DNA of 64,000 nucleotides from Acidimicrobiia bacterium. Lineage in GTDB: Bacteria > Actinomycetota > Acidimicrobiia > Spongiisociales > ZC4RG35. Both the position numbers and the translations under genes were made by a program. Location of the stretch: positions 34,491 through 98,490 of the forward strand of contig JBGTNX010000115.1 in assembly GCA_041742825.1 (NCBI GenBank), written 5' to 3'. Under the pieces are notes generated by a model, which did not search any database, had not been told where the DNA came from, and worked only from the letters and a program-made list of their open reading frames with translations. The stretch's first letter is position 1; the number at the start of each line of letters is the position of its first letter. Of this stretch, positions 16,817 to 26,410 are shown piece by piece.

Positions 16817-17888
16817 CCCTGCTGGGGACGGACCTGTCACTCTTCTGCGTCTTCCACGTTCCCTGATACCAGAGCTCCTCGAAATACCGCTTGTTCTGGG
16901 CGGAGATGATGCCGACGCTCATGAGTTGGCAGGCGACGATCAGCGCGATACCCCCCACGATGAAGCTGTGCGGGCTTAGTTTGAATGCATCGGCGACTGC
17001 CTCGGTGAGGATCCAGAGGAACGACCCGTCGTAATCGGGAAGGAAGCTGATGACATGCCAGGCTGCCCACCCGAGAGCATAGAAGGCCATAACCAACAGG
17101 ATCAGGCTCGGGATGATGAAGAACGTGAATGGCCTGAAAATGAAGCCTGAGAAGAGTGAGTCGATGATCATGGTGACGAAGCGCATATGCCCGCTACGTC
17201 TCTTGGTCTCCTCCTCGTCGCGGGTCCATACGAGATGGGCGGGTATCTCGATGATCGTCTGTCTCATCAGAGTCGCCTTGTAGATGATCTCGGCGTTGAT
17301 CTGGTTGTCCATCGACTTGAGGCTCAACCCGTCGATAAACAGGCTGTCGTAGGCTCGGACCATCCCGGTCACCGTCGAGATGTGATGGAGCGATAGCCAC
17401 TGGAGGATCCTGTTGGCCCACCTGCTCATCAGCGCCCGCATGCGGGGAACCCCGGTCACGCTTCCCCCCGCCATGTACGGCGAGGCGACGACCACGCTCG
17501 CCCCGGTTGTCTCCATCGTCTCGAAGAGTCGCTCGATGTGGTCCGGGCTGTAGCTGAGATCGGCGTCGAAAGTGATGAGTATGTCGCCTCTTGCTTCCCT
17601 GAAGCCGGTTTTCATCGCCTGGCCGAGACCGAAGTTGAAAGGATGCGATACCACGTGAACATCGGCATGGGAGTCAGCGAAGCGCAGGGCCTCGAGCGCG
17701 GTGTCGTCACTGCTCCCGTCGTCGACGATCACAATCTCGCAGGAGTAGCTTGCCGCGCTTATGTGGTCGTGGAGCACCTGGAGATTTTCATACAACGATG
17801 ACGCCTCGTTGTATGCGGGCACGATGAGAGTAAGTCGTGGAGCCTGCGAGCTCAATTCTCTGCCTTCACGGCCGTTTACCTCCTCCAT
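16800..17888 (-). CDS. GT2 polyprenyl-phosphate glycosyltransferase (ArnC/GtrB/PpgS-like) with C-terminal TM helices
   Basis: LIVPAYNE...VIVDDGSSDDT...DADLS (GT-A DXD), then two hydrophobic helices. Start at ATG 17888 (MEEVNG). Confidence 0.85.
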   Translation of the reverse strand: MEEVNGREGRELSSQAPRLTLIVPAYNEASSLYENLQVLHDHISAASYSCEIVIVDDGSSDDTALEALRFADSHADVHVVSHPFNFGLGQAMKTGFREARGDILITFDADLSYSPDHIERLFETMETTGASVVVASPYMAGGSVTGVPRMRALMSRWANRILQWLSLHHISTVTGMVRAYDSLFIDGLSLKSMDNQINAEIIYKATLMRQTIIEIPAHLVWTRDEEETKRRSGHMRFVTMIIDSLFSGFIFRPFTFFIIPSLILLVMAFYALGWAAWHVISFLPDYDGSFLWILTEAVADAFKLSPHSFIVGGIALIVACQLMSVGIISAQNKRYFEELWYQGTWKTQKSDRSVPSRVKPGT

Positions 17889-17898
17889 TCGCAACAAA

Positions 17899-19062
17899 CT
17901 AGCTTTTAGTCGCCGGGTCGAAATGGGCCGAAATGACCATAAGGCGGTTGATTGCATCGGCGCAGCGTCGACCGGAATCGCCATCGCCAAAGGGACTGGG
18001 GACCCCCGCCAGTTCCTCCAAGGAGAAGGGCTCGCCAGCAAGCCATTTGCGGCCGGTCGAGGAGATGTCCCGCCCGACTCCAACGAGGGAGCAGAAGGTG
18101 CCAAGCACCTCGGGTCGTTCCGTTGAATTGCGCACGACCACCATCGGACGCTTCAAAACAGAGACCTCCTCTTGGAGTCCACCGGAGTCTGCAACCACTA
18201 ACGCACACTCCGCGAGGAGAGCAAGGAACTCGACATAGCCGAGAGGGTCGAGGGGGCGCACTTCTCCCTGGTTCAGCGTTACCGCTCCGTTGGCGGCGAT
18301 CGCCCTGGTTCTGGGATGGACCGGGAGAACGACCGGCAGCTCGAGTTCAGCGAGCTCCGCGATGATGGTGCGGAGCCGCTCGACGTCGTCGACGTTCTCA
18401 GGTCGATGAAAAGTGGAGAGTACGAAAGAACCGGAGGCGACTCCATACTTCTCGAGGATCGGGGCACGTTCGGACGGCTCGGGAAGGAGGTGTTGGACGG
18501 CATCGACGACAGTGTTGCCTGTGATCTCGATCCGATCGAGGGGGATGCCCTCCGAGGTCAGGTTCCGGGCCGATGTGTCGGTAGGGGCGAGACACAGGTC
18601 GGAGAGGTGATCCGCCACCACCCTGTTGTGCTCTTCAGGCATCCTCCGGTCGTGACTCCGAAGTCCCGATTCCACGTGGATCATCGGTGTAGATCTGGCG
18701 TTGGCGGCTATTGCCGCGGCCATGGTCGAGTTGGTGTCTCCCTGAGCGACGACCGCCGACGGCCGGATCTCCTCGAAGAGGTCGTCCAGACGACTCACGG
18801 CACTGCCCAGCTGCTGCCCGCGGCCGATTCCCCCTATGCCGAGCCGGTAGGCAGGCTCGTCCAGCCCAAAGGCATCGAAGAACGCTCCTGCCATGTTGGA
18901 GTCGTAGTGCTGGCCGGTATGGATCACTATCGGCGGCTCGGGCAAAGCGCGGATAACGGGAGCCAGTTTGACGATCTCGGGACGTGTTCCAAGAACGATC
19001 GCTATTCGACCATGGCTGTCATTGGTCGACTCGGGTGGTCCCGCTTTCCCCGGGTCAGACAT
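17899..19062 (-). CDS. wecB: UDP-N-acetylglucosamine 2-epimerase (non-hydrolysing)
   Basis: IAIVLGTRPEIVKLAPVI and HTGQHYD signatures. Confidence 0.9.
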   Translation of the reverse strand: MSDPGKAGPPESTNDSHGRIAIVLGTRPEIVKLAPVIRALPEPPIVIHTGQHYDSNMAGAFFDAFGLDEPAYRLGIGGIGRGQQLGSAVSRLDDLFEEIRPSAVVAQGDTNSTMAAAIAANARSTPMIHVESGLRSHDRRMPEEHNRVVADHLSDLCLAPTDTSARNLTSEGIPLDRIEITGNTVVDAVQHLLPEPSERAPILEKYGVASGSFVLSTFHRPENVDDVERLRTIIAELAELELPVVLPVHPRTRAIAANGAVTLNQGEVRPLDPLGYVEFLALLAECALVVADSGGLQEEVSVLKRPMVVVRNSTERPEVLGTFCSLVGVGRDISSTGRKWLAGEPFSLEELAGVPSPFGDGDSGRRCADAINRLMVISAHFDPATKS

Positions 19063-19747
19063 CTTTGCTCAGAACATACGAGGCTCTACGCGATTGGTAG
19101 GCGAGGTTACGAGGCTCGCGAGTCGTGTTGAGACCGGCTGGCTGCGCCATTCTGGAGAGCGTGTCCTCCGTGACCGTGCCCAACCCGATTTCGTCTCGGG
19201 CTTTCTGGTAGCGGTCCGCGTTGGCACGAGCGAATCTGATGGCGTCGAACAGGACGCGATTGCGCAGCGCCAACCAGAACCACTGGAGGCCCTCGACAAC
19301 TAAGGAGGGTGAGGCAGTTGGTACGTCACTTATGGCGATCCGGCCTCCGGGTGCGAGCATTTCTGCCCACCGCTTTAGCCAATTCGAGAGGGTTCTCTCG
19401 TCCATGTACTGGACCACGGAGTTCACCACGATCAGGTTGTACCTCCGATCCGTCCTAGCCGCGTCGACCGGGGAGACATTCGATGCTCCGATCCGATCTA
19501 TCGCACGGTTCACTGCGCTGTCCACTTCATCGAAGATGTCCACGGCAGAAACATTCAGGGCAAGGTGCTCTGATACGTAGCCGTAGCCGCAGCCGAAGTC
19601 GAGAACGACCTCTTGGCCGGTTAGCTCGAATCTCGCCACGAGGTTGTTGGCGACGACTCTCGCCTCGGCGGCGAGATAGCGGTCATCGGGCGTCTGCTGC
19701 CAGTAATCGTGCCAGACGAGTTCTGGTCTCTTCTTCGGTGTGCTCAT
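19055..19747 (-). CDS. Class I SAM-dependent methyltransferase
   Basis: Motif I VLDFGCGYG. Start at ATG 19747. Overlaps the wecB start by 8 nt. Confidence 0.75.
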   Translation of the reverse strand: MSTPKKRPELVWHDYWQQTPDDRYLAAEARVVANNLVARFELTGQEVVLDFGCGYGYVSEHLALNVSAVDIFDEVDSAVNRAIDRIGASNVSPVDAARTDRRYNLIVVNSVVQYMDERTLSNWLKRWAEMLAPGGRIAISDVPTASPSLVVEGLQWFWLALRNRVLFDAIRFARANADRYQKARDEIGLGTVTEDTLSRMAQPAGLNTTREPRNLAYQSRRASYVLSKDV

Positions 19748-19922
19748 TGACCCTGGGGGTATCGGCGCTGCTCCGGTGAAACCTGAGATGCTGCCCTGAC
19801 AAACAAGAGCGTGCTCAGAAGCTGACGACGCCGATCGGTGGTGGCAGGCAGGCGAGGCCTTAACCTGCGGTCGTGACACTCGGTCCTTCGCAGGTTGCGG
19901 CAAGCCAGGCGAAACTGCAGCG

Positions 19923-21668
19923 ATGAGCCTCTCCGACAGCCGACTTTCCAATCTGGGGGCCAATCAGATCATCACCGGATTCGACGGGTTCATGGACCGG
20001 TTCAGGGCGATCAATCGGCGTGCCCCCGGACGATTCGAACTTCGGGATTGGGCGGGCGCTCAATCGGATGCGGTCGAGAGGCTCGATCTTTATTCATCGA
20101 CGGTGGGAGAGGTCGTCGGAGCGATCGAGGCACTGCTGGAGGATCGCTGCGAAGACTCGGTGTTGTGGGTCGCGATCAAAGCCGTCTACTCCAGGTTGAT
20201 CTCAGATCGCCAGGACTGGGAACTGGCAGAGACCTACTTCAATTCTATAACCCGGAAGGTCTTCACCACGGTCGGCGTCGACTCAGCCGTGGAGTTCGTC
20301 GACACCGATTTCGACAGCCCACCCAGTCCGTCACAAGCACCTGTCTACCGAACCTATGAAGGGGCGGCATCGCTCACGGCTCTGATCGCAGAGATCCTGG
20401 AAGGGGCGAGACATCGTGTTGACTACGCCGACTTCGAAGGAAATGTCGCCGAGGTGTCCGAGCGGGTCGAGCGCCGGTTGAGCGGAGCCGGGGGGTTGCC
20501 TGTGGTCGAACGCGCGGAAGTAGTCGGGTCGATGTTCTATCGGGGCCAGGCGGCGTACATAGTTGGGCTTCTGTATTCGGGATCACAGAGGATTCCATTG
20601 GCGATCGCACTGCGAAACAGTTCCGGCGGTGTCGTTGTCGATGCTGTTCTGCTCACCGAGAACGAGGTGTCGATCCTGTTCAGCTTCACCCGGTCCTATT
20701 TCCAGGTCGATGTGGCGCGGCCTTACGACCTGGTCCGGTTCTTGCGCAGGCTGATGCCACGGAAGCGGATCGCCGAGTTGTACATCTCGATCGGCCACAA
20801 TAAACACGGCAAGACCGAGCTCTACCGCGACCTGCTCCGGCACCTGCAGTCGACCGACGAGCGGTTCGAGCATGCCCGCGGCACCAAAGGCCTGGTGATG
20901 ATCGTGTTCACGATGCCGGGTTATGACGACGTGTTCAAGGTGATCCGGGACCGGTTCGCACCCCCGAAGCGGACGACGCGACGGACCGTGATGGCGAAGT
21001 ACAAGATGGTCTTCCAACATGATCGGGCCGGCCGCCTGATGGATGTCCAGGACTTCCAGCATCTGAAGTTCGATAAGTCCAGGTTCAGCGAAAAGCTGTT
21101 AGCAGAGCTTCTCGACGAGGCAGGGAGAACCGTATCGATGGAAGGCGACTCTGTGATCGTCAGCCACGTCTATGTCGAACGCCGCATCGTCCCCCTCGAC
21201 GTGTTCGTCCGTGAAGCACTGCCGACGGCCGCCGCTGAAGCGGTGCTCGACTACGGCCAGGCGATCAAGGACCTGGCTTCGACCAACATCTTCCCTGGCG
21301 ACCTGCTCATGAAGAACTTCGGAGTCACCAGGCACGGGCGGGTGGTTTTCTATGACTATGACGAGCTCTCGGCCCTCACTGATGTCAGGTTCAGGGAGAT
21401 GCCACAGCCGCGTGACGACCACGACGCGATGTCGGCCCAGCCATGGTTTGCGGTCGGGGAGCGCGATGTGTTCCCCGAAGAGCACGAGCACTTTCTCGGG
21501 CTGAATTCCGAGCTCAAGGACCGGTTCAATCAGACTCACGCCGACCTGTTCCGGGTCGAACCGTGGGTGGGCATCCAGGATCGGATTCTCGAAGGGGAGC
21601 TGATCGAGGTCTTCCCGTACTCGGAGGGGGCGAGACTTCCCGGTACGGCCGGCTTCCGGGGCTGGTGA
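19923..21668 (+). CDS. aceK: Isocitrate dehydrogenase kinase/phosphatase
   Basis: Collinear with E. coli AceK as I remember it: GLVMIVFTMPGYDDVFKVIRDRFAPPK, NIFPGDLLMKNFGVTRHGRVVFYDYDE, DVFPEE. Length about 580 aa. Confidence 0.9.
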   Translation: MSLSDSRLSNLGANQIITGFDGFMDRFRAINRRAPGRFELRDWAGAQSDAVERLDLYSSTVGEVVGAIEALLEDRCEDSVLWVAIKAVYSRLISDRQDWELAETYFNSITRKVFTTVGVDSAVEFVDTDFDSPPSPSQAPVYRTYEGAASLTALIAEILEGARHRVDYADFEGNVAEVSERVERRLSGAGGLPVVERAEVVGSMFYRGQAAYIVGLLYSGSQRIPLAIALRNSSGGVVVDAVLLTENEVSILFSFTRSYFQVDVARPYDLVRFLRRLMPRKRIAELYISIGHNKHGKTELYRDLLRHLQSTDERFEHARGTKGLVMIVFTMPGYDDVFKVIRDRFAPPKRTTRRTVMAKYKMVFQHDRAGRLMDVQDFQHLKFDKSRFSEKLLAELLDEAGRTVSMEGDSVIVSHVYVERRIVPLDVFVREALPTAAAEAVLDYGQAIKDLASTNIFPGDLLMKNFGVTRHGRVVFYDYDELSALTDVRFREMPQPRDDHDAMSAQPWFAVGERDVFPEEHEHFLGLNSELKDRFNQTHADLFRVEPWVGIQDRILEGELIEVFPYSEGARLPGTAGFRGW

Positions 21669-21717
21669 AACCGGCGCCGAATCCACGAACGGCCAACCAT
21701 CGGATACCGTTGGCCTG

Positions 21718-23163
21718 GTGAGTCAAACCCTCGCCCGTGCCCTCGTGTTCTTCACTTCTGCCGCAGTCCTGGTCATCGAGATACTCGCGGGCCGGCTCCT
21801 CGCTCCTTATCTGGGCGTCAGCCTCGAAGTGTTCACGGGAATCATCGGTGTGATCCTCGCCGGGATCGCCCTCGGAGCCTGGCTCGGCGGTCGCGCCGCG
21901 GATCGGATGGAGCCTTCCCGACTTCCCGGGCCTCTGATGGTTGCCGGGGGGTTGACCGCGATGCTGAGCCCACCGATCATCGACTTCTTCGGCCCCAACG
22001 TTGGCATCAGCCCCTTTTCGATCGTTTTCCTGGCTTCGGTGGGTTTTGTAGTGCCCGCCGCATTGCTAACGGCGGTCACGCCGGTGATCGTGAAGATCCG
22101 TCTCAGCTCACTCGATGAGACCGGCTCCGTCGTCGGCAGCTACTCCGCAATAGGCACCGCGGGCGCTATCGGAGGGACATTCGTCGCCGGCTTCTTTCTG
22201 ATTGCGGCGTTCCCGACCCGGCCGATAATCGCCGGTCTCGGATTCTTCCTCGTCGTGTCCGGGGCCTTGCTGATGCTCGGGCGAAGTCGCTTGGTGTCGG
22301 TAGCGGCAATCGCCATCGGGGCCGGTGCCGGAACGATGCTCGCCCTGGCGGAAGGGCCGTGCCAGTTCGAGACGACCTATCACTGTGCTGAAGTGCGAGT
22401 CGATGACCAGCGCCCCAGCGGTCGGACCCTGATCCTCGACCGTGGCCACAACAGCTACGTCGACCTCGACGATCCCACCTACCTCGAATTTCGGTATGCG
22501 CGGGTGATGACCAATGTCATCGACTCGGTATTGCCGACCGGTCCGCTGAACGTGCTCTCGGTTGGCGGGGGAGGCTTCACCTTTACTATCTACCTGGACG
22601 CCGTTCGGCCCGGGACCGATCACGTTGTTCTCGAGATTGACCGCGAGTTGCTCACAATCGCAAGGCAGGAACTCGGCTTCCAAGATCAGGCCGAGGTGGT
22701 GCTTGCCGACGCCCGCCAGTCGATCAGCGGGGTAGCCGGCGGCTCGGTCGATCTGGTCATCGGTGATGCCTTCAGCGGGCTTACGGTCCCCTGGCACCTA
22801 ACGACCGCAGAGTTCGTCTCGATCGTTGATTCGAAGCTGAACGATGGCGGCATCTACCTCATCAATGTGATCGACTACGGCGATCTCGAGTTCGCCCGGG
22901 CGACCGCCCGTACGTTCCTGGAGGTGTTCGATCATGTCGCAGTGTTCGCCCCGCCCGAATATCTGGCGGGTACCTCGGGAGGTAACTTCGTGGTTGCCGG
23001 GTCTCGTTCCGCCATCGACCTGCCCGCGGTGATAGCTCGCATCGGGATCAGCGGTGGTGTCGAGGACGGGATCGACGGAGCCGCTCTCGAGACGTTCATC
23101 GGTGACGCGGTCGTACTCCGAGACGACTTTGCGCCGGTGGACCAGATGATCGATCGCGGGTAG
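21718..23163 (+). CDS. Fused polytopic membrane / spermidine-synthase-like (class I MTase fold) protein
   Basis: Membrane region of about 200 aa (FFTSAAVLVIEILAGRLLAPYLG), then a VLSVGGGGF...GDAF SAM-fold domain. Confidence 0.8.
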   Translation: MSQTLARALVFFTSAAVLVIEILAGRLLAPYLGVSLEVFTGIIGVILAGIALGAWLGGRAADRMEPSRLPGPLMVAGGLTAMLSPPIIDFFGPNVGISPFSIVFLASVGFVVPAALLTAVTPVIVKIRLSSLDETGSVVGSYSAIGTAGAIGGTFVAGFFLIAAFPTRPIIAGLGFFLVVSGALLMLGRSRLVSVAAIAIGAGAGTMLALAEGPCQFETTYHCAEVRVDDQRPSGRTLILDRGHNSYVDLDDPTYLEFRYARVMTNVIDSVLPTGPLNVLSVGGGGFTFTIYLDAVRPGTDHVVLEIDRELLTIARQELGFQDQAEVVLADARQSISGVAGGSVDLVIGDAFSGLTVPWHLTTAEFVSIVDSKLNDGGIYLINVIDYGDLEFARATARTFLEVFDHVAVFAPPEYLAGTSGGNFVVAGSRSAIDLPAVIARIGISGGVEDGIDGAALETFIGDAVVLRDDFAPVDQMIDRG

Positions 23164-23211
23164 ACACAGGTAGCCTCCCTTCGAATAGATAAGACCATTG
23201 ATAGGACCGAC

Positions 23212-23601
23212 ATGGACAAGAAGCCAATCGACTCACTGCAATGGGTGCCGGCACCAGTTGAGCATTTCACCGGGCCGGTATGGTTCGGGGACATGGCGAG
23301 TGATGGTTCGGAAACCGGGATGAGGGTTCTCGGGGTGCAGTTCGCCCCCGGATCGAGGACGGATTGGCACTCCCACCCAGGTGGGCAAGTGCTCCATGTC
23401 GTCTCAGGAAGCGGCGTGGTGGCCAACAAGGCGGGCCTGCGGGTCGAGATCTCGGCCGGCGACACTGTGAACACCCCGCCCGATGAACTGCACTGGCATG
23501 GCGCCCGGCACGATTCCCCGATGATGCATCTCTCGATCACCCATGGTGGCGCTACAGAATGGGCTCCCGAGAAGGTGGATGACGCCGCCTACGACGCTTG
23601 A
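23212..23601 (+). CDS. Cupin domain protein
   Basis: Cupin metal motif TDWHSHPGGQVLHVVSG...HWHG. Confidence 0.8.
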   Translation: MDKKPIDSLQWVPAPVEHFTGPVWFGDMASDGSETGMRVLGVQFAPGSRTDWHSHPGGQVLHVVSGSGVVANKAGLRVEISAGDTVNTPPDELHWHGARHDSPMMHLSITHGGATEWAPEKVDDAAYDA

Positions 23602-23671
23602 CCTTTCCCTCCCTCAGACTCGCCCCGGCAAATTGTCGGCTCTTCCCATCGAGGTTCCGGCTTTGCTATAT

Positions 23672-23687
23672 TTCAACAGCTGTTGAA
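23672..23687. promoter_or_regulatory. 16-bp perfect palindrome TTCAACAGCTGTTGAA, candidate TetR operator
   Basis: Read directly. Overlaps a TATATT -10-like hexamer and lies 4 nt before the AGGAG RBS of the ABC operon, whose last gene is a TetR regulator. Confidence 0.5.
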
Positions 23688-23697
23688 TTAGGAGTGA

Positions 23698-24750
23698 ATG
23701 ATGTGGGCGATGATCGTCAAGGAGTTCCGCCAGGTCCGTCGGGACCACCGCACCCTGGCGATGATGATCGTGATGCCGGTGCTTCTCCTCGTCGTGTTCG
23801 GTTATGCCGCGTCATTTGATGTCTCTGCGATAGCAACCTCCATCTACGGGCCCGGCGCCGAAGCGGCATCCGAGATGCTGCCCGAGCCGTTCGACGTCCG
23901 GGAGGTGGATTCAACCGGCACCGCCGATACGGCCCGGGAGGATCTGCGACGCGGCGAGGTCGTGGTGGCGATCGTAACCGGGCCGGCGAGTCCCACAGCA
24001 CTTATCGATGGGTCGCAGTTGTTCCCGGCCCGTGCCGCCTCGCAGATACTGGCAACCGCCGCCAGCTCATTTCCCGGGCTCGAAACCGAGATTCTCTTCA
24101 ACCCCGACCTCGAGACATCGGCAGTTCTGGTCCCTGGCCTGGCGGGGCTCATCCTGTTGTTCGTCGGGACGGTCATCACAAGCTTGGGGGTAGTGAAGGA
24201 ACGGCAGGCAGGCACGCTCGAGCAACTAGCCGTTATGCCCCTCCGCCCGACCGACGTCTTCGTCGGGAAGATCGCCCCGTATTTTCTGGTCGCGTCCCTC
24301 GACCTCGTAATCGTCCTCGTGGTCGGGACTGCGTTGTTCGATGTTCCGTTCAACGGATCGTTTTGGCTCCTTGGCCTCGGTTCGCTGATGTTTCTCTTTG
24401 TCACCCTCGGGCTTGGTGTATTGGTTTCCAGCGTCTCACAAAACCAGGGACAGGCGATCCAGCTCGCCCTCATGACCTTGCTGCCTCAGGTACTTCTGTC
24501 GGGGCTGATCTTCCCGCTCGACTCGATGGCCGCCGGTGTCCGTTGGATCGGGTACGTGTTGCCTCTCACCTATTTCAACCTCCTCGCCAAGGGTGTGATG
24601 CTGCGCGGCGCCACGTTCTCCGACATGCTCTTTCCATTAGCTCTCCTTGCCATCCTCGGGACAGTCATATTCGGCCTCGCCGTGCTCCGCTTCCGGCGGG
24701 ACCTCGGATCTGCGAACGGTGCCCGCTCAACCGCGAAGGTTGCAGCGTGA
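23698..24750 (+). CDS. ABC-2 type transporter permease (YbhS/R-like)
   Basis: N-terminus MMWAMIVKEFRQVRRDHRTL and a 6-TM ABC-2 pattern. Confidence 0.85.
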   Translation: MMWAMIVKEFRQVRRDHRTLAMMIVMPVLLLVVFGYAASFDVSAIATSIYGPGAEAASEMLPEPFDVREVDSTGTADTAREDLRRGEVVVAIVTGPASPTALIDGSQLFPARAASQILATAASSFPGLETEILFNPDLETSAVLVPGLAGLILLFVGTVITSLGVVKERQAGTLEQLAVMPLRPTDVFVGKIAPYFLVASLDLVIVLVVGTALFDVPFNGSFWLLGLGSLMFLFVTLGLGVLVSSVSQNQGQAIQLALMTLLPQVLLSGLIFPLDSMAAGVRWIGYVLPLTYFNLLAKGVMLRGATFSDMLFPLALLAILGTVIFGLAVLRFRRDLGSANGARSTAKVAA

Positions 24751-25562
24751 GTTGGGGAGTGTGGGGATTAGGGGTCAGCATCGGGTCGCGGCCCGCCCTG
24801 CACGAAATCGACCTCGACGTGGTGCCGGGCTCCATTGCTGCGATCGTTGGCGGCGATGGCGCCGGCAAGTCGACCCTCGCCAGGGTCCTGGGCCGGTTGA
24901 TTCCTTTCGAGTCGGGAAAAGTGGTCCTGCCCGAGCGACCTGCTGTCGGGTACCAGCCCGCCTCATCCGGCTCGTGGCCCGACTTGACAGTTTCCGAGAA
25001 CCTTCAATTCGTAGCCGACGCTCATCGTCTCGACGCCGCCGAGAAGTCCCGCAGACTCGACGGACTGCTCGCTGCCACCGGACTCGAAGCAGCGAGGGAC
25101 CGGCTCGGGGCCCAACTCTCGGGAGGGATGCGCCAGAAACTGGGGGTGGCGATGGCGCTTGTTGCACGTCCGGAGATGCTCGTGCTCGACGAGCCGACCA
25201 CCGGTGTCGACCCGGTCAGCCGATTTGAATTGTGGAGGCTGATCTCGCGATCGGCAGCGGAGGGGACTGCGGTCGTGATGACAACCACATATCTGGACGA
25301 AGCCGCACGTGCATCCTTCGTTCTCGCCATCGAGGCCGGTGTCGAGATCGTTTCGGGAGCACCCGAGGAGATACTCGACTCGGTCCGGGGCCCGATCTGG
25401 AGCACGTCGCAACTTCCTCCCGATATGTCGCACCGCTGGCGGAGGGGCAGTCAGTGGCATTCATGGAGTGAAGACGGGTCGTCGCCTTCCGGCGCCAAGC
25501 AGGTGGAGCCCGACCTAACCGACATCCTCACCGCCCGGACGCTGATGCGGCAGGGCCGATGA
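24747..25562 (+). CDS. ABC transporter ATP-binding protein (first of two)
   Basis: Walker A GGDGAGKST, signature LSGGMRQK, Walker B LVLDEPTTG. GTG start overlaps the permease stop (GTGA). The upstream part of ORF 24363.. is an artefact. Confidence 0.8.
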   Translation: MSWGVWGLGVSIGSRPALHEIDLDVVPGSIAAIVGGDGAGKSTLARVLGRLIPFESGKVVLPERPAVGYQPASSGSWPDLTVSENLQFVADAHRLDAAEKSRRLDGLLAATGLEAARDRLGAQLSGGMRQKLGVAMALVARPEMLVLDEPTTGVDPVSRFELWRLISRSAAEGTAVVMTTTYLDEAARASFVLAIEAGVEIVSGAPEEILDSVRGPIWSTSQLPPDMSHRWRRGSQWHSWSEDGSSPSGAKQVEPDLTDILTARTLMRQGR

Positions 25563-26410
25563 GCAACCTTGCGATCATCGATGGCCTGCACAAGTCGTTT
25601 GGAGATGTCGCCGCACTGAGGGGAGTGGACCTCGAAGTTGGTCCGGGGGAGATAGTCGGGCTTCTCGGTGCGAATGGTGCGGGGAAGACCACACTCATCA
25701 GGTGCCTGCTTGGCCTGATCCTGCCCGATTCCGGACGGGTCAGCGTGATGGGGCTCGCTCCCGGGCGCGACGTGCTGCGCAGGGTGGGCTACGTGCCCCA
25801 GGGCCTCGGTCTGTATACCGACCTCACCGTGTCGGAAAACCTCGAATTCCAGAGCGGGGTATATGGAGTAGCCGAGCCTGATTCGATTTCCTCATTGCTT
25901 CCGGTCATGGATCAGGCTGTCGGGCGGCTATCGCACGGCATCCAGCGCAGGGTGGCTTTCGCGGCGGCTCTGTCTCATCAGCCCGAGCTTCTCGTCCTCG
26001 ACGAGCCGACATCGGGGGTAGGGGTCCTGGGAAGGGCAGGGCTCTGGGAGACGATACGTGATGCATCTGCTGGCGGTGCGGGTGTACTGGTAACGACCCA
26101 CCATCTCGAGGAGGCCGAACAATGCGACAGGCTGGTCATGCTGGCTGACGGTGTTGTGGTTGCCGAGGGAACGCTTGTGGAAATAATCGGGCCGCGAACC
26201 GCGGTAACGGTTGCAGGCGGCGATCAGGCGAGAAATATGGACCTGATTACTGAGGCCGGTCTGGTTGGATCTTTTGCAGGGACCGGGCTTCGAGTTGTCG
26301 GGGCCGGTATCGATCGTGTGGTCGCCGCGCTGGGGAACGAGGCCGGGCTCACGATTCACGAACAACCGGCCACGCTGGAAGAAGCGTTCGTCGACCTCGT
26401 CACAGCTTGA
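25559..26410 (+). CDS. ABC transporter ATP-binding protein (second of two)
   Basis: Walker A GANGAGKTT and Walker B LLVLDEPTSG. ATGA overlap with the preceding gene. Confidence 0.9.
   Translation: MSNLAIIDGLHKSFGDVAALRGVDLEVGPGEIVGLLGANGAGKTTLIRCLLGLILPDSGRVSVMGLAPGRDVLRRVGYVPQGLGLYTDLTVSENLEFQSGVYGVAEPDSISSLLPVMDQAVGRLSHGIQRRVAFAAALSHQPELLVLDEPTSGVGVLGRAGLWETIRDASAGGAGVLVTTHHLEEAEQCDRLVMLADGVVVAEGTLVEIIGPRTAVTVAGGDQARNMDLITEAGLVGSFAGTGLRVVGAGIDRVVAALGNEAGLTIHEQPATLEEAFVDLVTA

Noticed and set aside
19862-19896. 8-bp-stem hairpin (AACCTGCG...CGCAGGTT) in the aceK leader, considered as a regulatory RNA
   Set aside because: It is an isolated hairpin in a divergent promoter region with no recognisable motif. 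It is mentioned under the aceK finding only.
24363-24746. Upstream extension of the first ABC ATPase ORF
   Set aside because: It overlaps the C-terminus of the permease. The ATPase homology starts at GTG 24747, which overlaps the permease stop.
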